DNA of 35,214 bases from positions 1-35,214 of the IMG/VR virus record IMGVR_UViG_3300020045_002489; one strand, given 5' to 3'. Below are positions 16,955 to 26,707 of this stretch, piece by piece. The notes below the pieces were generated by a model. It saw only the letters and a list, made by a program, of their open reading frames with translations. It was not told where the DNA came from and searched no databases. The translations under genes and the position numbers were made by a program. How positions within the stretch are numbered: the stretch's first letter is position 1; each line of letters begins with the position of its first letter. This DNA is from a virus. Taxonomy: Duplodnaviria > Caudoviricetes.

Positions 16955-18109
16955 ATGGCTACCACACTTCCTCAAAGCACTGGACTTCTCCAGCTTCTCC
17001 AAGGTGTACTCGGTACTGATACTTCCCAAGAGACGGATACCACGCAAGACTTGAATACTGCTAAGACTGGTACGAGCAATACCACTACTACTGCAGATAC
17101 TTCCGGCCTGCAAGCAGTCTTGAATAAGCAGATGGCAGGTATCACACCAGACCAAATTAAAGCTATCTACCAGGAAGGCTCGAAGGCGGTCCCAGGCCTT
17201 GTAAATACCTATGCAGATGCCATGGGTAATCGCAGCACAGGTAACACGGCTCTTGGTAACTCTGTGAGTGATGTGAACTCTAGCATCCTTGCAAAGATTG
17301 CTGAACTCAATACCTCGCTTACGAATAATGCAGGTACTACTGCTGCAAATATTGGCAATCTTACCAAGGCAGTGGCTACTACGGACAGTAGTAATGTAGC
17401 GCAGACGGGTACTACGAGTAGCAACACGGAAGGCTCCACGCAGATTGATAACCAGGCACTGCTGAAGATGCTAGCCGGCGGGGCTGCTATTAGCGGAGTT
17501 ACTGGATTGCTCGGCGACTCGACTGCTATCGGAGATACGCTAGGTAGCCTGGGTGGCGCAGTTGGTATTGGCAACGGCACGAATGCACTTACGCAATTGG
17601 GTAGTGCTGTTGGGCTAGGAGGCGCTGCCGCAGGTGCAGGAGCTGCTAGTACTGCGGCCACTACCAGTGCAGTTGCTGGTGGGCAAGCTATTGGCACTGC
17701 GCTTCCCGCGTTAGGAGCAGAGGTAGCAGGTGCTGGTGCGGCGGCTGGAGGTGGTATGGCTGCCGCAGATATTGCTGCTGCTAGTGCATCTACCGGAGTT
17801 GAAGCTAGCACTATTGCGGCGGCAGGAGAAGCTTATCCAGCACTTGCGGCAGCCGGTCCAATTGCAGTAGCGTTATTTCTAATGACGCCAGCAGGCCAAA
17901 AGTTTGTAGAAAGCATTGGCGGATTCGCGGCGAGTGGGGTCTCTAAAGGTGTAGACGCACTAAGTGGGCTCTTGGACAAGATCACGGGTGGTAGTGGTCA
18001 AGCTACTAACATTGATCTGGCTCAGCGCTCTGGTAACACTAGTGGCCTCTCGCCAGCAGAGCTAGAACAATTGCAAAACATCCTTATGCCTGGTGCAGGT
18101 GGAGCTTAA
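16955..18109 (+). CDS. Putative internal virion (ejection) protein 1
   Basis: T/S-rich N-terminal half and long Gly/Ala hydrophobic stretches, as in P22 gp7 / T7 gp14-type ejected proteins. First of three large genes. Confidence 0.6.
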   Translation: MATTLPQSTGLLQLLQGVLGTDTSQETDTTQDLNTAKTGTSNTTTTADTSGLQAVLNKQMAGITPDQIKAIYQEGSKAVPGLVNTYADAMGNRSTGNTALGNSVSDVNSSILAKIAELNTSLTNNAGTTAANIGNLTKAVATTDSSNVAQTGTTSSNTEGSTQIDNQALLKMLAGGAAISGVTGLLGDSTAIGDTLGSLGGAVGIGNGTNALTQLGSAVGLGGAAAGAGAASTAATTSAVAGGQAIGTALPALGAEVAGAGAAAGGGMAAADIAAASASTGVEASTIAAAGEAYPALAAAGPIAVALFLMTPAGQKFVESIGGFAASGVSKGVDALSGLLDKITGGSGQATNIDLAQRSGNTSGLSPAELEQLQNILMPGAGGA

Positions 18110-18112
18110 ATT

Positions 18113-20068
18113 ATGGCAGATCAAGCAAGTAATATCGCACTTCTTCTGCAAGAGCTAGCCCGGCCTGGACTCAATCAAGTTCAGAAAGCTGCACTCACAC
18201 AGGAGTTGGAAGCACAGAAAGCCAATCCTAATAAGGATGCTCAACAGAGTAGAGACCTTGCAGTAAATAGTGCAGCCTACGATCAGGGTATTGCTAAAAC
18301 CGCCGGAGGAAAAGTAAGTCCTCCTAATTCTGCTAGTGGCGCTTTCATTCCGGATAATCGTATGGCATCCATTACAGCTTCTGCTACTCCACCTAGTACT
18401 GCTGCTGGTGCTCCTACGCCAGGTACTACTGTGGGTGCCCCAACAGCTGCTGCTACTTCTATCAATTCTGTACTCGACGCGCTCTCTTCGCAAGTCTCTG
18501 GACTTACTTCCAAGCTTACCGAAGCTCGTGGAGCAACTACTCTTGCAGCCGGTAAGTCTCGGGATGTAGCCAGCCAAGCTATTGATATTTCTTTGCAAGA
18601 GGCTAAAGACCGACAAGCGGTAACGCAAGCAACCCTAGCACAGTTTGGTATTGGCACCGGGGATAAGCAAGCCTTTGAACGCTACCAAACGGTACAGAAG
18701 CAACGTACTGGATTGGCTGATCAGATCCTTGCTAATGAGAGTATCAATCCGCTTAAGGATCCCATTGGCTATTTGATGGGTAACATTAAGAATATTTGGC
18801 TTACGGATCAGCACAATACTTTGGCGGCCATGGAGAATGATGCTGAGAGTAGCATCAAGGATCTCCAAAGTATGGCCAGTAATGGTATACGTCTTACTCC
18901 AGAACTTGTTACTGCTCAGTTGGATGCAAAGGCTGCTAATGAGAAAGCTGCGCTGGAAGCTAAGCAACTCATTACTGAAGGTGAAGTTCGCGTTCAGCAA
19001 ATCCGCGATGAGATTAGTGGAGTACGGACGGAGAAGCAGATTGCTTTGCAAGGATATGATATCAGTGCAAGAGCACAAGGCGCAGAGCGTGCAATCCAGA
19101 GTCAAGAGGATGCAGCAAAGAGAGCAGAAGCACGTCTTAACCTGCAGATGAATCCGCCGGAGAAGCCACTCACTAAAATCCAGCAACTCAAGGTGGATGC
19201 CGAGATGGCTCAACTCGCAGAGTTGGAAAAGACTGCGGTTGCCCAGAGTGACTTGACTGGCATTCCAACTACGGCTGCTGATGTAGCTGCCAAGGGCAAC
19301 AGTGAAGTAGCTAACATTGCCCGCCAGTACGCTACTACTGGACAACTAGGTTCTACTCCGGCAGAGGCATTCTCCAATGCTAAGACTATCAATCTTGCAA
19401 AGAGCCCTATTCATAAGAACGCTGCACAAGTAGTAGATCTGTATTCGAGGAAAGTAGATCAAGCATACCTTACGCTTCCTGCTAATGATCCAAGCCGACC
19501 TAAGAATCCAAAAGCTCTAGAGGCTTGGAAAGCAGAACAACTTATCAAGGAGTTGGATGCTGATCTTACAGTAGTACAAAAGGATGCTAGTCGTGCACGA
19601 CCAGATGCTAAGAATCCATTTGTATTGCGCGAAGGCGATGCAACTTTGCTGCCTGCTCTTGAGAGTAACTATGTGAAGCTCACCCTGGACAAGGTTAAAC
19701 TGGCAGGATTGGCGGACAAGGGTTGGGATACACAAGGAACTATGCAAGCAGTAATTGCCAGCGGACTAAGCGATAAGATCTCTCCGGAAGTTTTGGCAGA
19801 TGAGATCACGCGGTTCTATAGTGTGGGCTTGCAAGAGCAAACTAAGAATCTAGGCTTGGATGTGTTGGCTATTGGTGGACCGATGCAGTATCGGGTTGGT
19901 GGAGTGTTGCAAGCTAAGGGAGCTAGCTTCCTAGGCGGAACCAACTTCGCCACTCCGGATCTGTTGAACAAGCCAGCGCTGCTTAAAGCCATTGAAGATC
20001 ACATGATGATCACCAAAGCAAAGGCAGAGTCTGCTCGTCGTGTAGGAACTGGCCGGCTGTTTGATTAA
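18113..20068 (+). CDS. Putative internal virion (ejection) protein 2
   Basis: 651 aa, Ala/Gln-rich and largely coiled-coil; assigned by position. Confidence 0.6.
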   Translation: MADQASNIALLLQELARPGLNQVQKAALTQELEAQKANPNKDAQQSRDLAVNSAAYDQGIAKTAGGKVSPPNSASGAFIPDNRMASITASATPPSTAAGAPTPGTTVGAPTAAATSINSVLDALSSQVSGLTSKLTEARGATTLAAGKSRDVASQAIDISLQEAKDRQAVTQATLAQFGIGTGDKQAFERYQTVQKQRTGLADQILANESINPLKDPIGYLMGNIKNIWLTDQHNTLAAMENDAESSIKDLQSMASNGIRLTPELVTAQLDAKAANEKAALEAKQLITEGEVRVQQIRDEISGVRTEKQIALQGYDISARAQGAERAIQSQEDAAKRAEARLNLQMNPPEKPLTKIQQLKVDAEMAQLAELEKTAVAQSDLTGIPTTAADVAAKGNSEVANIARQYATTGQLGSTPAEAFSNAKTINLAKSPIHKNAAQVVDLYSRKVDQAYLTLPANDPSRPKNPKALEAWKAEQLIKELDADLTVVQKDASRARPDAKNPFVLREGDATLLPALESNYVKLTLDKVKLAGLADKGWDTQGTMQAVIASGLSDKISPEVLADEITRFYSVGLQEQTKNLGLDVLAIGGPMQYRVGGVLQAKGASFLGGTNFATPDLLNKPALLKAIEDHMMITKAKAESARRVGTGRLFD

Positions 20069-20077
20069 GGAAACTAA

Positions 20078-23000
20078 ATGACTACATCACTTGCACAATA
20101 CTCAGCTAGCTCAGTAAACGATCGCACGGAGAGCATGGCATTCCCGGAGAAGGCACTTGCTTTTACCAGTGGTGCTTTCATCTCAGGCATTCAATCTCTT
20201 GCCAACACTGGCATTGACGTTATCAATCTCACACAAAGCAAAGATAACGAGATTGAGCGCTTCTCCACTTATGATACCATGAGTAAGGTAGATGTTGCGT
20301 GGGGAGATTACTATACGCAGAACAAGGATGCTATTGATCTTACTGGCTTTGTGATTGGTAGTATTGCTCCAGGTATGCTAGCTGTTAAAGGGCTGAATGC
20401 GCTCAAGGCCGGATCCGCATTTGGTGGCTATGGTCGTGCACTAGGATACTTTGCTGACAATCAAGTAAAGTATCTCAAAGCCGCCAACATGGACTTGGTT
20501 ACGCAAGGTGGTGGTCTCTTCTCTAGGTTCAATGCTAACTTGGTGAAGAGCATTGCATTCGGTGCAGGTGATGCAATCCTGGAGACTGCTGTCGCTGAAG
20601 CGGTAACTGCGGTTGCTATGAAAGCTTCTCCGCTCTTGGATAACAAAAGTTGGGGAGATATCATTAGTGATGGTGCAGTTACCAGCCTTGTATTCGGTGG
20701 CGGATTTGGTGGACTAGTTAGTGCAGTCAAAAACACTGGCACGTTTACAAAGACTGCACAAGCTATTGATAAGGCAAGCAACAAGTATGGCACCATTGCA
20801 TTGGGAGAGAAGATTAACCTGTCTCCTGGGGATGCCATTGTCAAAACCTTTCAAGACTTGGCAGAGCTTCCAGCTAGCGTTTACGAGAGTGATAAAATAC
20901 TTCCGCTTAGCTTCAAGGTTGGCGGTAAAGTAGTTGACCAAGCTCTCGATGTTAGCAGTGCTTTGGAACGTACTCTAGCTAGAACTACAGACAAGACCCT
21001 CTTGAATGTACGGCAGACGCTCACTGATGGGCTTGGTGGCGGGGATGCTAGTATTGGCAATGCGCTTGCTGAGCATGCCACCATGCTAATTAAGAGTGCA
21101 CGTAATGCAGGTGAGCATGACATTGCACAAACTGCACAGTTTGCTTTTGCCAATCGTTTTGGTGGCATGGTCAAAGCAGAGAGCTTAGCTGCAAGTGGAA
21201 ATACTGTTAAGAAGTTCCGCCCTGGCGTTGCTCTCCCTGATGACGCCCCCGCTCTCTTCCTCAACTTGCGCACTGGAGCTACGTCTCTCTCTGCTACTCC
21301 CACCATTGCAGATATTGCTACAGGTGAACTCAGCCAAGCTAATGTACAGTTTGGCCGCTATCTAGATGCGGGTGGTAAGCGCTTTGACTTTGCTCCAAAT
21401 ACGTTTGCTCCTGAAGTTAAACTCACCGCAGAGAGTAGCATTGAAGACACGGCTCGTCACGTGTGGGCTAGCCAAATCAAGAGCTTGGATGGCGCAGTAA
21501 TCAATGAGCATGACTGGAGCGTGTTAGATAAGATTCGAGAAACGCCTGAACTACTAAGTGGAAATAAGAAACCACTCACCATTGTTACGAAAGACTTTGG
21601 AGAAATTCCGCTGGAGGATTTCGTAGGCTCTAGCATATCCACGCACATTCTTGGCAAGAAAGTAAACTATCTGCATGACTACTTGCTAGCCAATCCTAAG
21701 ACGGATCTAAGCTTGCTGGCTAGGAAGATGAACGTCACGGAAGATTGGATTCAGAATACTATTGCCACTAAGTTTGCAGAAAAAATCGAAGAAGGTAGTA
21801 GTCGTGAATTGACTAGCTGGATGAAGCGTGAGCATGTCAAAGTCACGTATGATCGGAATGTTCCGCAGAGCTGGGATCAACCTGGAGAAGGCCTGCTAAT
21901 TAATTTGGAAAAGACTGCTATTGCTCAAGAAGCTCGTGAGCGCGGTAGTGCTCATTTGCTGGGAGAAGCTTACGAGCAGTTGCCTACGCTAAGTGCGGAT
22001 AGTGTAAAGAAGAATGCTAGTCGTACCGGTAGCGGTGCTGGTGTGCTGACTGCTAGCAATGCAGACTATGCAGATGAGCTCGGTAGAACTATGCAACAGG
22101 TAGGTGTAGTGGCACGGAACACCATACAGGAGAGGACTAAGTTGGCGTTGGATGGCATTAGTCCGGCTGCTCATGCGGTACTTAGTAAGCCTCAGGCCGC
22201 CGCCGAGCTTGCTAGCACTATGGAACTTCTCCGTAAAACTAGCAGTAAAGATGGCTGGGCTCTTATGAATGTCCCCGGCGCTAGCGATACTGGCTATGTA
22301 TTGGTGCGTAAAGCTAGTCATGGCGGTGATAGCGAACTCTTGGCGGAAGTACTTGCTAGTGCGAACAATAAAGATGTAGTGCCACTTATCAACCGAGAGA
22401 CTGCTAGCTTCTGGGAGCGCTTTCAGGGTTGGCGTGCAGAGGCACAAACTCGGCATAGTGTGGGGCATAACAGTGTAGGCAAGGTAATTGACTGGCCGCT
22501 GGATGAACTCTATGCTCCACCAATTGATACCCGTAAGCATAATTTCTTTGCGTTCCTAGTTCCACATGAAGGTAAGATTCTTGGCGATACCGATGTTGGT
22601 ATGCTTACTGCTAAGAGCGCGCAAGATTTGGAAAGTTTGGCTAAGCAAGTTGGTACGGATTTCAAGGTAGTCTTTAAGAGCGACAGCGAGGCATTCTTCA
22701 AAGCTAAGGGCGCCTATGAATTCGACCGGGCATTGAATAAACCAGGAATCAACAGTGCAAGAGCACGAGCTGGTAAGCTCAGCAATGCTGCTCCTAACAT
22801 GCGGCCTGAAGAAACTATTACTGAGTTCCTCGCCTATATGGAACGCAAGGAAACGCAGATTGTTCGTGATGGTGTTGAGCTAAAGTATGCAGAAGAGTTT
22901 GCACAACTGCGTACTATGAGCGAAGAGGCAGTTGCTAGTTCTAGCTCTAAGATGCAATGGCTACCTAAAGCATTCCAGCGTACCCAAGTTAAAGATCCGT

Positions 23001-24805
23001 TTGGCGACTACATTAAGACGGCTTTAGACATTAGCAAGCAGCATGAGTACCCAATGCTGAGCATGATGAATGAGTTCGTAGATAGTCTGGGTACGCGGGC
23101 GGGTGGTATTGTTAATGAGGTTGTTGGTAAAGCTAAGGGCGGATCGGTTAGCTGGGAAGAGGCCGAAGCTACTATGCACCGAGTCGGCATTGGTGGTGCC
23201 ATCAATCGTGACCTGTGGATGAGTGCGCAAACTGGTACGGATAAGAATCTTGCAAGAACATTTGTGAGCATGAGCAACTCTATCCTTGCTACCACGCAGC
23301 TTGCTTGGGATACTGCGAACTCACTTATCAATATTATCTCCAGTCCCATTCGGATGGCCGGAGAAATTCAAGCAATTAAGAAGCTGGATCCAGAGACATT
23401 CATGAAGTTGGCTGGCGTTGCTGGTCCGGATGGAGCTAGTAGCATAAGCGCCACTAAGTTGATGGCTAATGCGGCACGTAACTACTGGGATCCTAGTGCG
23501 GCTGCTAAGATTGCACGCTTCGAAAAGGCCGGCTTTATTCCTACCGATCTTAAATTTCACCGGCAACTAGTGGATGATATTGCATCAACGGCAAATATTG
23601 TTCCCAGCAAACTCAAAGAAAGGTTTGAAAAGATTGCAGAGACTGGAGCTACGCTAACCGGCAATAAGTTTGCTGAGAAGTTCACTCGCTTTGTGGCGGC
23701 TGATGTTGTAGATCAGCTAACTAGTCCGCTCGTCAGTAGTGGGAAAATGAGCCAAGCCGAGGCGGATAGCTTCATCAATATCTTTGTTAACCGTGTGCAA
23801 GGTAACTACCACGCAAGCCAGCGACCTATTGCTTTCCAAGGAACTATTGGTTCTGCTATCTCGCTCTTCCAGACATATCAATTTGGTATGCTACAGCAAG
23901 TAGGGAAGTATATTCAAGATGGCAACACACGAGCATTGATGGTAACTGCCGGCATGCAGACTAGCATCTTCGGCTTGAATGGGCTTCCGTTCTTTGACGC
24001 CATTAATAGTCATATCCTGGGTAAGTATTCTACCAATCCTGAGCACAAAGATCTGTATAGTGCTGTTGGTGGAGATCCTATGGGAGACTGGTTGCTGTAT
24101 GGCAGTGCTAGTGCATTCCCATTGTTTGGCAGGTCTAATATGCCTGCACTGTATGGACGTGGAGATTTGAACCCGCGTAATCTTACGTTGCTGCCAACGT
24201 CTCCTAGCCAAGTTCCTTTTGTGCAAGCTTATGGAAAGATGCTTGGTACGCTAGATAAGGTAGCTAGCCTTTATGGAGCAGGTGCTCCTGGTAAAGAAGC
24301 AGTGCTATTTGGGCTTGAGCATAATGGTATGAGCCGGCCACTAGCAGGACTGGCTCAAGCATTCCAAGGATACTCCACCACTGGGAAAGGAAACATTAGC
24401 AGCTATAATGATCTCATCAGTATCGGCTCTGCGTATCGTCTACTGGGTGCTAAGCCTATGGATGAAGCACTTTTTGTGCAGCACAACTATAGAAAGGACC
24501 AGTATCAAGCCTATGATGCTCAACGCCTTGAAGTTATGGGAGAAGCCATCAAGATGAAAGTTAGAAATGGTCAACCTGTAGAACAAGATGAGTATGACGG
24601 CTTGCTTAGTGAGTATGCTAGTCGAGGTGGTAGAGTTGAGAACTTCACGAAAGCGTTGAATAGGTGGACTAAAGATGCAGAAGAAAGTGCGGTAACTAAG
24701 CTACTGGAGAAGAATCAAAATCCAAGAACTCAGCGGATGATTGAGATTATGGGAGGTAGTTTCCCACAAGCAACAGTGCCAGTTGAAAGCCAGCTAGCCG
24801 AATAA
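20078..24805 (+). CDS. Large internal virion (ejection) protein 3
   Basis: 1575 aa, last gene of the structural block, with Gly-rich hydrophobic segments near both termini and an AAGG RBS. No catalytic motif recognised. Confidence 0.65.
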   Translation: MTTSLAQYSASSVNDRTESMAFPEKALAFTSGAFISGIQSLANTGIDVINLTQSKDNEIERFSTYDTMSKVDVAWGDYYTQNKDAIDLTGFVIGSIAPGMLAVKGLNALKAGSAFGGYGRALGYFADNQVKYLKAANMDLVTQGGGLFSRFNANLVKSIAFGAGDAILETAVAEAVTAVAMKASPLLDNKSWGDIISDGAVTSLVFGGGFGGLVSAVKNTGTFTKTAQAIDKASNKYGTIALGEKINLSPGDAIVKTFQDLAELPASVYESDKILPLSFKVGGKVVDQALDVSSALERTLARTTDKTLLNVRQTLTDGLGGGDASIGNALAEHATMLIKSARNAGEHDIAQTAQFAFANRFGGMVKAESLAASGNTVKKFRPGVALPDDAPALFLNLRTGATSLSATPTIADIATGELSQANVQFGRYLDAGGKRFDFAPNTFAPEVKLTAESSIEDTARHVWASQIKSLDGAVINEHDWSVLDKIRETPELLSGNKKPLTIVTKDFGEIPLEDFVGSSISTHILGKKVNYLHDYLLANPKTDLSLLARKMNVTEDWIQNTIATKFAEKIEEGSSRELTSWMKREHVKVTYDRNVPQSWDQPGEGLLINLEKTAIAQEARERGSAHLLGEAYEQLPTLSADSVKKNASRTGSGAGVLTASNADYADELGRTMQQVGVVARNTIQERTKLALDGISPAAHAVLSKPQAAAELASTMELLRKTSSKDGWALMNVPGASDTGYVLVRKASHGGDSELLAEVLASANNKDVVPLINRETASFWERFQGWRAEAQTRHSVGHNSVGKVIDWPLDELYAPPIDTRKHNFFAFLVPHEGKILGDTDVGMLTAKSAQDLESLAKQVGTDFKVVFKSDSEAFFKAKGAYEFDRALNKPGINSARARAGKLSNAAPNMRPEETITEFLAYMERKETQIVRDGVELKYAEEFAQLRTMSEEAVASSSSKMQWLPKAFQRTQVKDPFGDYIKTALDISKQHEYPMLSMMNEFVDSLGTRAGGIVNEVVGKAKGGSVSWEEAEATMHRVGIGGAINRDLWMSAQTGTDKNLARTFVSMSNSILATTQLAWDTANSLINIISSPIRMAGEIQAIKKLDPETFMKLAGVAGPDGASSISATKLMANAARNYWDPSAAAKIARFEKAGFIPTDLKFHRQLVDDIASTANIVPSKLKERFEKIAETGATLTGNKFAEKFTRFVAADVVDQLTSPLVSSGKMSQAEADSFINIFVNRVQGNYHASQRPIAFQGTIGSAISLFQTYQFGMLQQVGKYIQDGNTRALMVTAGMQTSIFGLNGLPFFDAINSHILGKYSTNPEHKDLYSAVGGDPMGDWLLYGSASAFPLFGRSNMPALYGRGDLNPRNLTLLPTSPSQVPFVQAYGKMLGTLDKVASLYGAGAPGKEAVLFGLEHNGMSRPLAGLAQAFQGYSTTGKGNISSYNDLISIGSAYRLLGAKPMDEALFVQHNYRKDQYQAYDAQRLEVMGEAIKMKVRNGQPVEQDEYDGLLSEYASRGGRVENFTKALNRWTKDAEESAVTKLLEKNQNPRTQRMIEIMGGSFPQATVPVESQLAE

Positions 24806-24816
24806 ATAGTAGACGT

Positions 24817-24857
24817 AGAAAAGCCCCCAATCCAATTACGGAGAGGGGGCTCTTTTT
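24817..24857. terminator. Bidirectional rho-independent terminator
   Basis: AAAA-GCCCCC-aaTCC-aattac-GGAga-GGGGGC-TCTTTTT, located between the convergent gene blocks. Confidence 0.85.
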
Positions 24858-24876
24858 CGCCTAGCGTTTCTTGGAG

Positions 24877-25092
24877 CTATTGCTCTGTATCTTCAAAGTC
24901 TAGCTCAAGTTTAGTTGGAAGAAATTCCGTAATTGGAATTTCTACCTCTGGAAATGCTAGGAAGCGATTCGTCTTTGTGCAGATTACATAGTAGGTATCG
25001 TCATGACGTAGGCGAGTAGCTAGTTCAAGATCATCGGTGTAGAATACTTCTCCGGCTTCGTTGTCAATAATATAGAAAGATGGAATAGTCAT
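24877..25092 (-). CDS. Hypothetical protein
   Basis: 71 aa, acidic, with an ATGA overlap with the upstream gene and an AAGGA RBS. Confidence 0.7.
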   Translation of the reverse strand: MTIPSFYIIDNEAGEVFYTDDLELATRLRHDDTYYVICTKTNRFLAFPEVEIPITEFLPTKLELDFEDTEQ

Positions 25093-25331
25093 AGTTTAGT
25101 TTCCTTGAGTGCTCGAATATGTTCTGCAGCCTTGTAGCTGGGGAATTTGTCCGCGTACTGCGCAGCCTCTTCCAGCGCATCCTCCCGCGCCTGAGCAAGA
25201 GCGGCAGCCCACTTTGCATCACGCGCCGCGATCCATCGCAGCTCGCTCTTTGACCAATGCATTGCGTGGTTGTCGGGGTGATCGTGCGGTTCGACAGGCT
25301 TGACCGTTTCGATGGTCTCGTTTTGGGTCAT
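25089..25331 (-). CDS. Hypothetical protein
   Basis: 80 aa, ATGA-coupled at both ends. The ALEEAAQ..D...AAEHIRALK motif is common in small phage proteins. Confidence 0.7.
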   Translation of the reverse strand: MTQNETIETVKPVEPHDHPDNHAMHWSKSELRWIAARDAKWAAALAQAREDALEEAAQYADKFPSYKAAEHIRALKETKL

Positions 25332-25918
25332 AGCTTGGGCTCCTGCGCCACGGGTGCGGGCTTGCTCATCTCTGCAATCACTGCGCGGGCGAATCGCAGC
25401 GCCCGGCCGTACTCGACATTTGGCTTTCCGACAGGTAGTGGGAAAGTGGCTTTCCGCAGGGCGATCAGGCGTTCGTCGGAGATTTCCATCGCCACGGGTG
25501 CGGACTTGATCTCGATAGGCGGCAACGCCCGATCCAGCTCCGCGATACGCTCCTTGAATAGCCCTGCAGGCTCCCCGAAATACCCCTCGTTGTAGGACAT
25601 GCTATGCCGATAAGCCACGACCTTGCGTGCTGCCTTAATGATCCGCTCCGTATCAGCCACGGGCGCGGGTGCCGGTATCGCTTGCTTGGCGGCAAGCTCC
25701 CGCCGAAGCTCGGTGATCTGAGTCAGCAGCCGGCCTTCCTGCGCTTGCAACTCCGCAACCTGCGCCTGAGATGCGGCAAGCTCTGCGCGTAGGTCGGCAA
25801 TCTCCACCGCTGCGTTGTCGCAGTTTGATTGCAGCCGAATGATTCTATCTTTCGCAGCTTCTGCTATTGGAAAATACTTTCCAACAATAGTACCTAACTC
25901 TTCTAGTATATTGCTCAT
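25328..25918 (-). CDS. Hypothetical coiled-coil mosaic protein
   Basis: 196 aa with an AAGGAG RBS and three APVA linker repeats; mostly high-GC DNA. Confidence 0.7.
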   Translation of the reverse strand: MSNILEELGTIVGKYFPIAEAAKDRIIRLQSNCDNAAVEIADLRAELAASQAQVAELQAQEGRLLTQITELRRELAAKQAIPAPAPVADTERIIKAARKVVAYRHSMSYNEGYFGEPAGLFKERIAELDRALPPIEIKSAPVAMEISDERLIALRKATFPLPVGKPNVEYGRALRFARAVIAEMSKPAPVAQEPKL

Positions 25919-25939
25919 GCTTCGCTCCTTTAGCCATTC

Positions 25940-26380
25940 TTACTTACATTGTAAATTACTAATCCCTGCATACTCTACTTTCCCATACTCTTTACCAGTC
26001 TCATAATTATGCAAGACTTGCCAGAGATTAGGAGGCGTCCAGCCTTCCGGCTTGAGGATCTTACCATCACTCCTACGTACTACTTTGCCACCTGTCATCT
26101 TAGCCATGTTGCTTTTATGAACTTCATCCCAGCAAGCCATGAAAGGAATGTCAATACTTCTGGCAAGTTGGAAGAGAACATATACGCTATCCACAATAGC
26201 GTCAGCAAGCTCAGCTTTATTTTCCAGTGTGTTAGCTGCATTGTACTTGAAGAGCGCGGGAAAGAGTTCCTTATTTACCTCTTCATCAATGAGTCCCCAC
26301 GCCAGATTGGTATCCGTGGGAACACCGAAGCCAAAGAAGAACTCACCGTGGTCACGCCAAATATCGTTGATCTTATGCAT
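25940..26380 (-). CDS. MazG-like / PRA-PH family NTP pyrophosphohydrolase
   Basis: LIDEE, ELADAIVDSVYV, WDEVHKSNMAK and RSDGKILKPEGWTPP. The ATG at 26380 is preferred over the track start at 26425, which overlaps the upstream ORF. Confidence 0.85.
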   Translation of the reverse strand: MHKINDIWRDHGEFFFGFGVPTDTNLAWGLIDEEVNKELFPALFKYNAANTLENKAELADAIVDSVYVLFQLARSIDIPFMACWDEVHKSNMAKMTGGKVVRRSDGKILKPEGWTPPNLWQVLHNYETGKEYGKVEYAGISNLQCK

Positions 26381-26393
26381 TTGAATTATCTCG

Positions 26394-26570
26394 TTAAGTA
26401 GCAGTAGAGGATTTGACTTCTTCAATCGCTGGATTACGTGTACCTAGTTTAGCAATCTTCATTGCCATAACTTCATCTTCTGCGGTAATCAAGATCTTTG
26501 TATCTTTGAAACCAATGAAGCGGAGTGTGTCTGTGTCCCAGACTTGCTTATATACTTTGTAGAATTTCAT
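26394..26570 (-). CDS. Hypothetical protein
   Basis: MKFYKVYKQVW...; the ATG at 26570 overlaps the TGA of the upstream small ORF (ATGA). Confidence 0.6.
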   Translation of the reverse strand: MKFYKVYKQVWDTDTLRFIGFKDTKILITAEDEVMAMKIAKLGTRNPAIEEVKSSTAT

Positions 26571-26707
26571 TTCTGAATCCACTCAATGAACTTCTTCTCT
26601 AGTTCATCACCAGTCATGTTATCAATAACTTCCGGAGTAGCAATGTTATCTCGCGTAAGCTGTACTAGGAATTTAGTAACTCGTCGTTGGAGAAAGACCT
26701 CTGCCAT
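26567..26707 (-). CDS. Small hypothetical protein (46 aa, not in the ORF track)
   Basis: MAEVFLQRRVTKFLVQLTRDNIATPEVIDNMTGDELEKKFIEWIQK. TAATG overlap with the helicase stop and ATGA overlap with the next gene. Confidence 0.7.
   Translation of the reverse strand: MAEVFLQRRVTKFLVQLTRDNIATPEVIDNMTGDELEKKFIEWIQK

Noticed and set aside
11634-19345. Long antisense ORFs (11634..12404, 17209..17811, 18635..19345)
   Set aside because: They mirror Ala/Gly/Thr-rich sense genes and have no independent coding signals.
20078-24805. N4-like or crAss-like virion RNA polymerase
   Set aside because: Far shorter than the N4 vRNAP, and no T7-type or DxDGD catalytic motifs were recognised.
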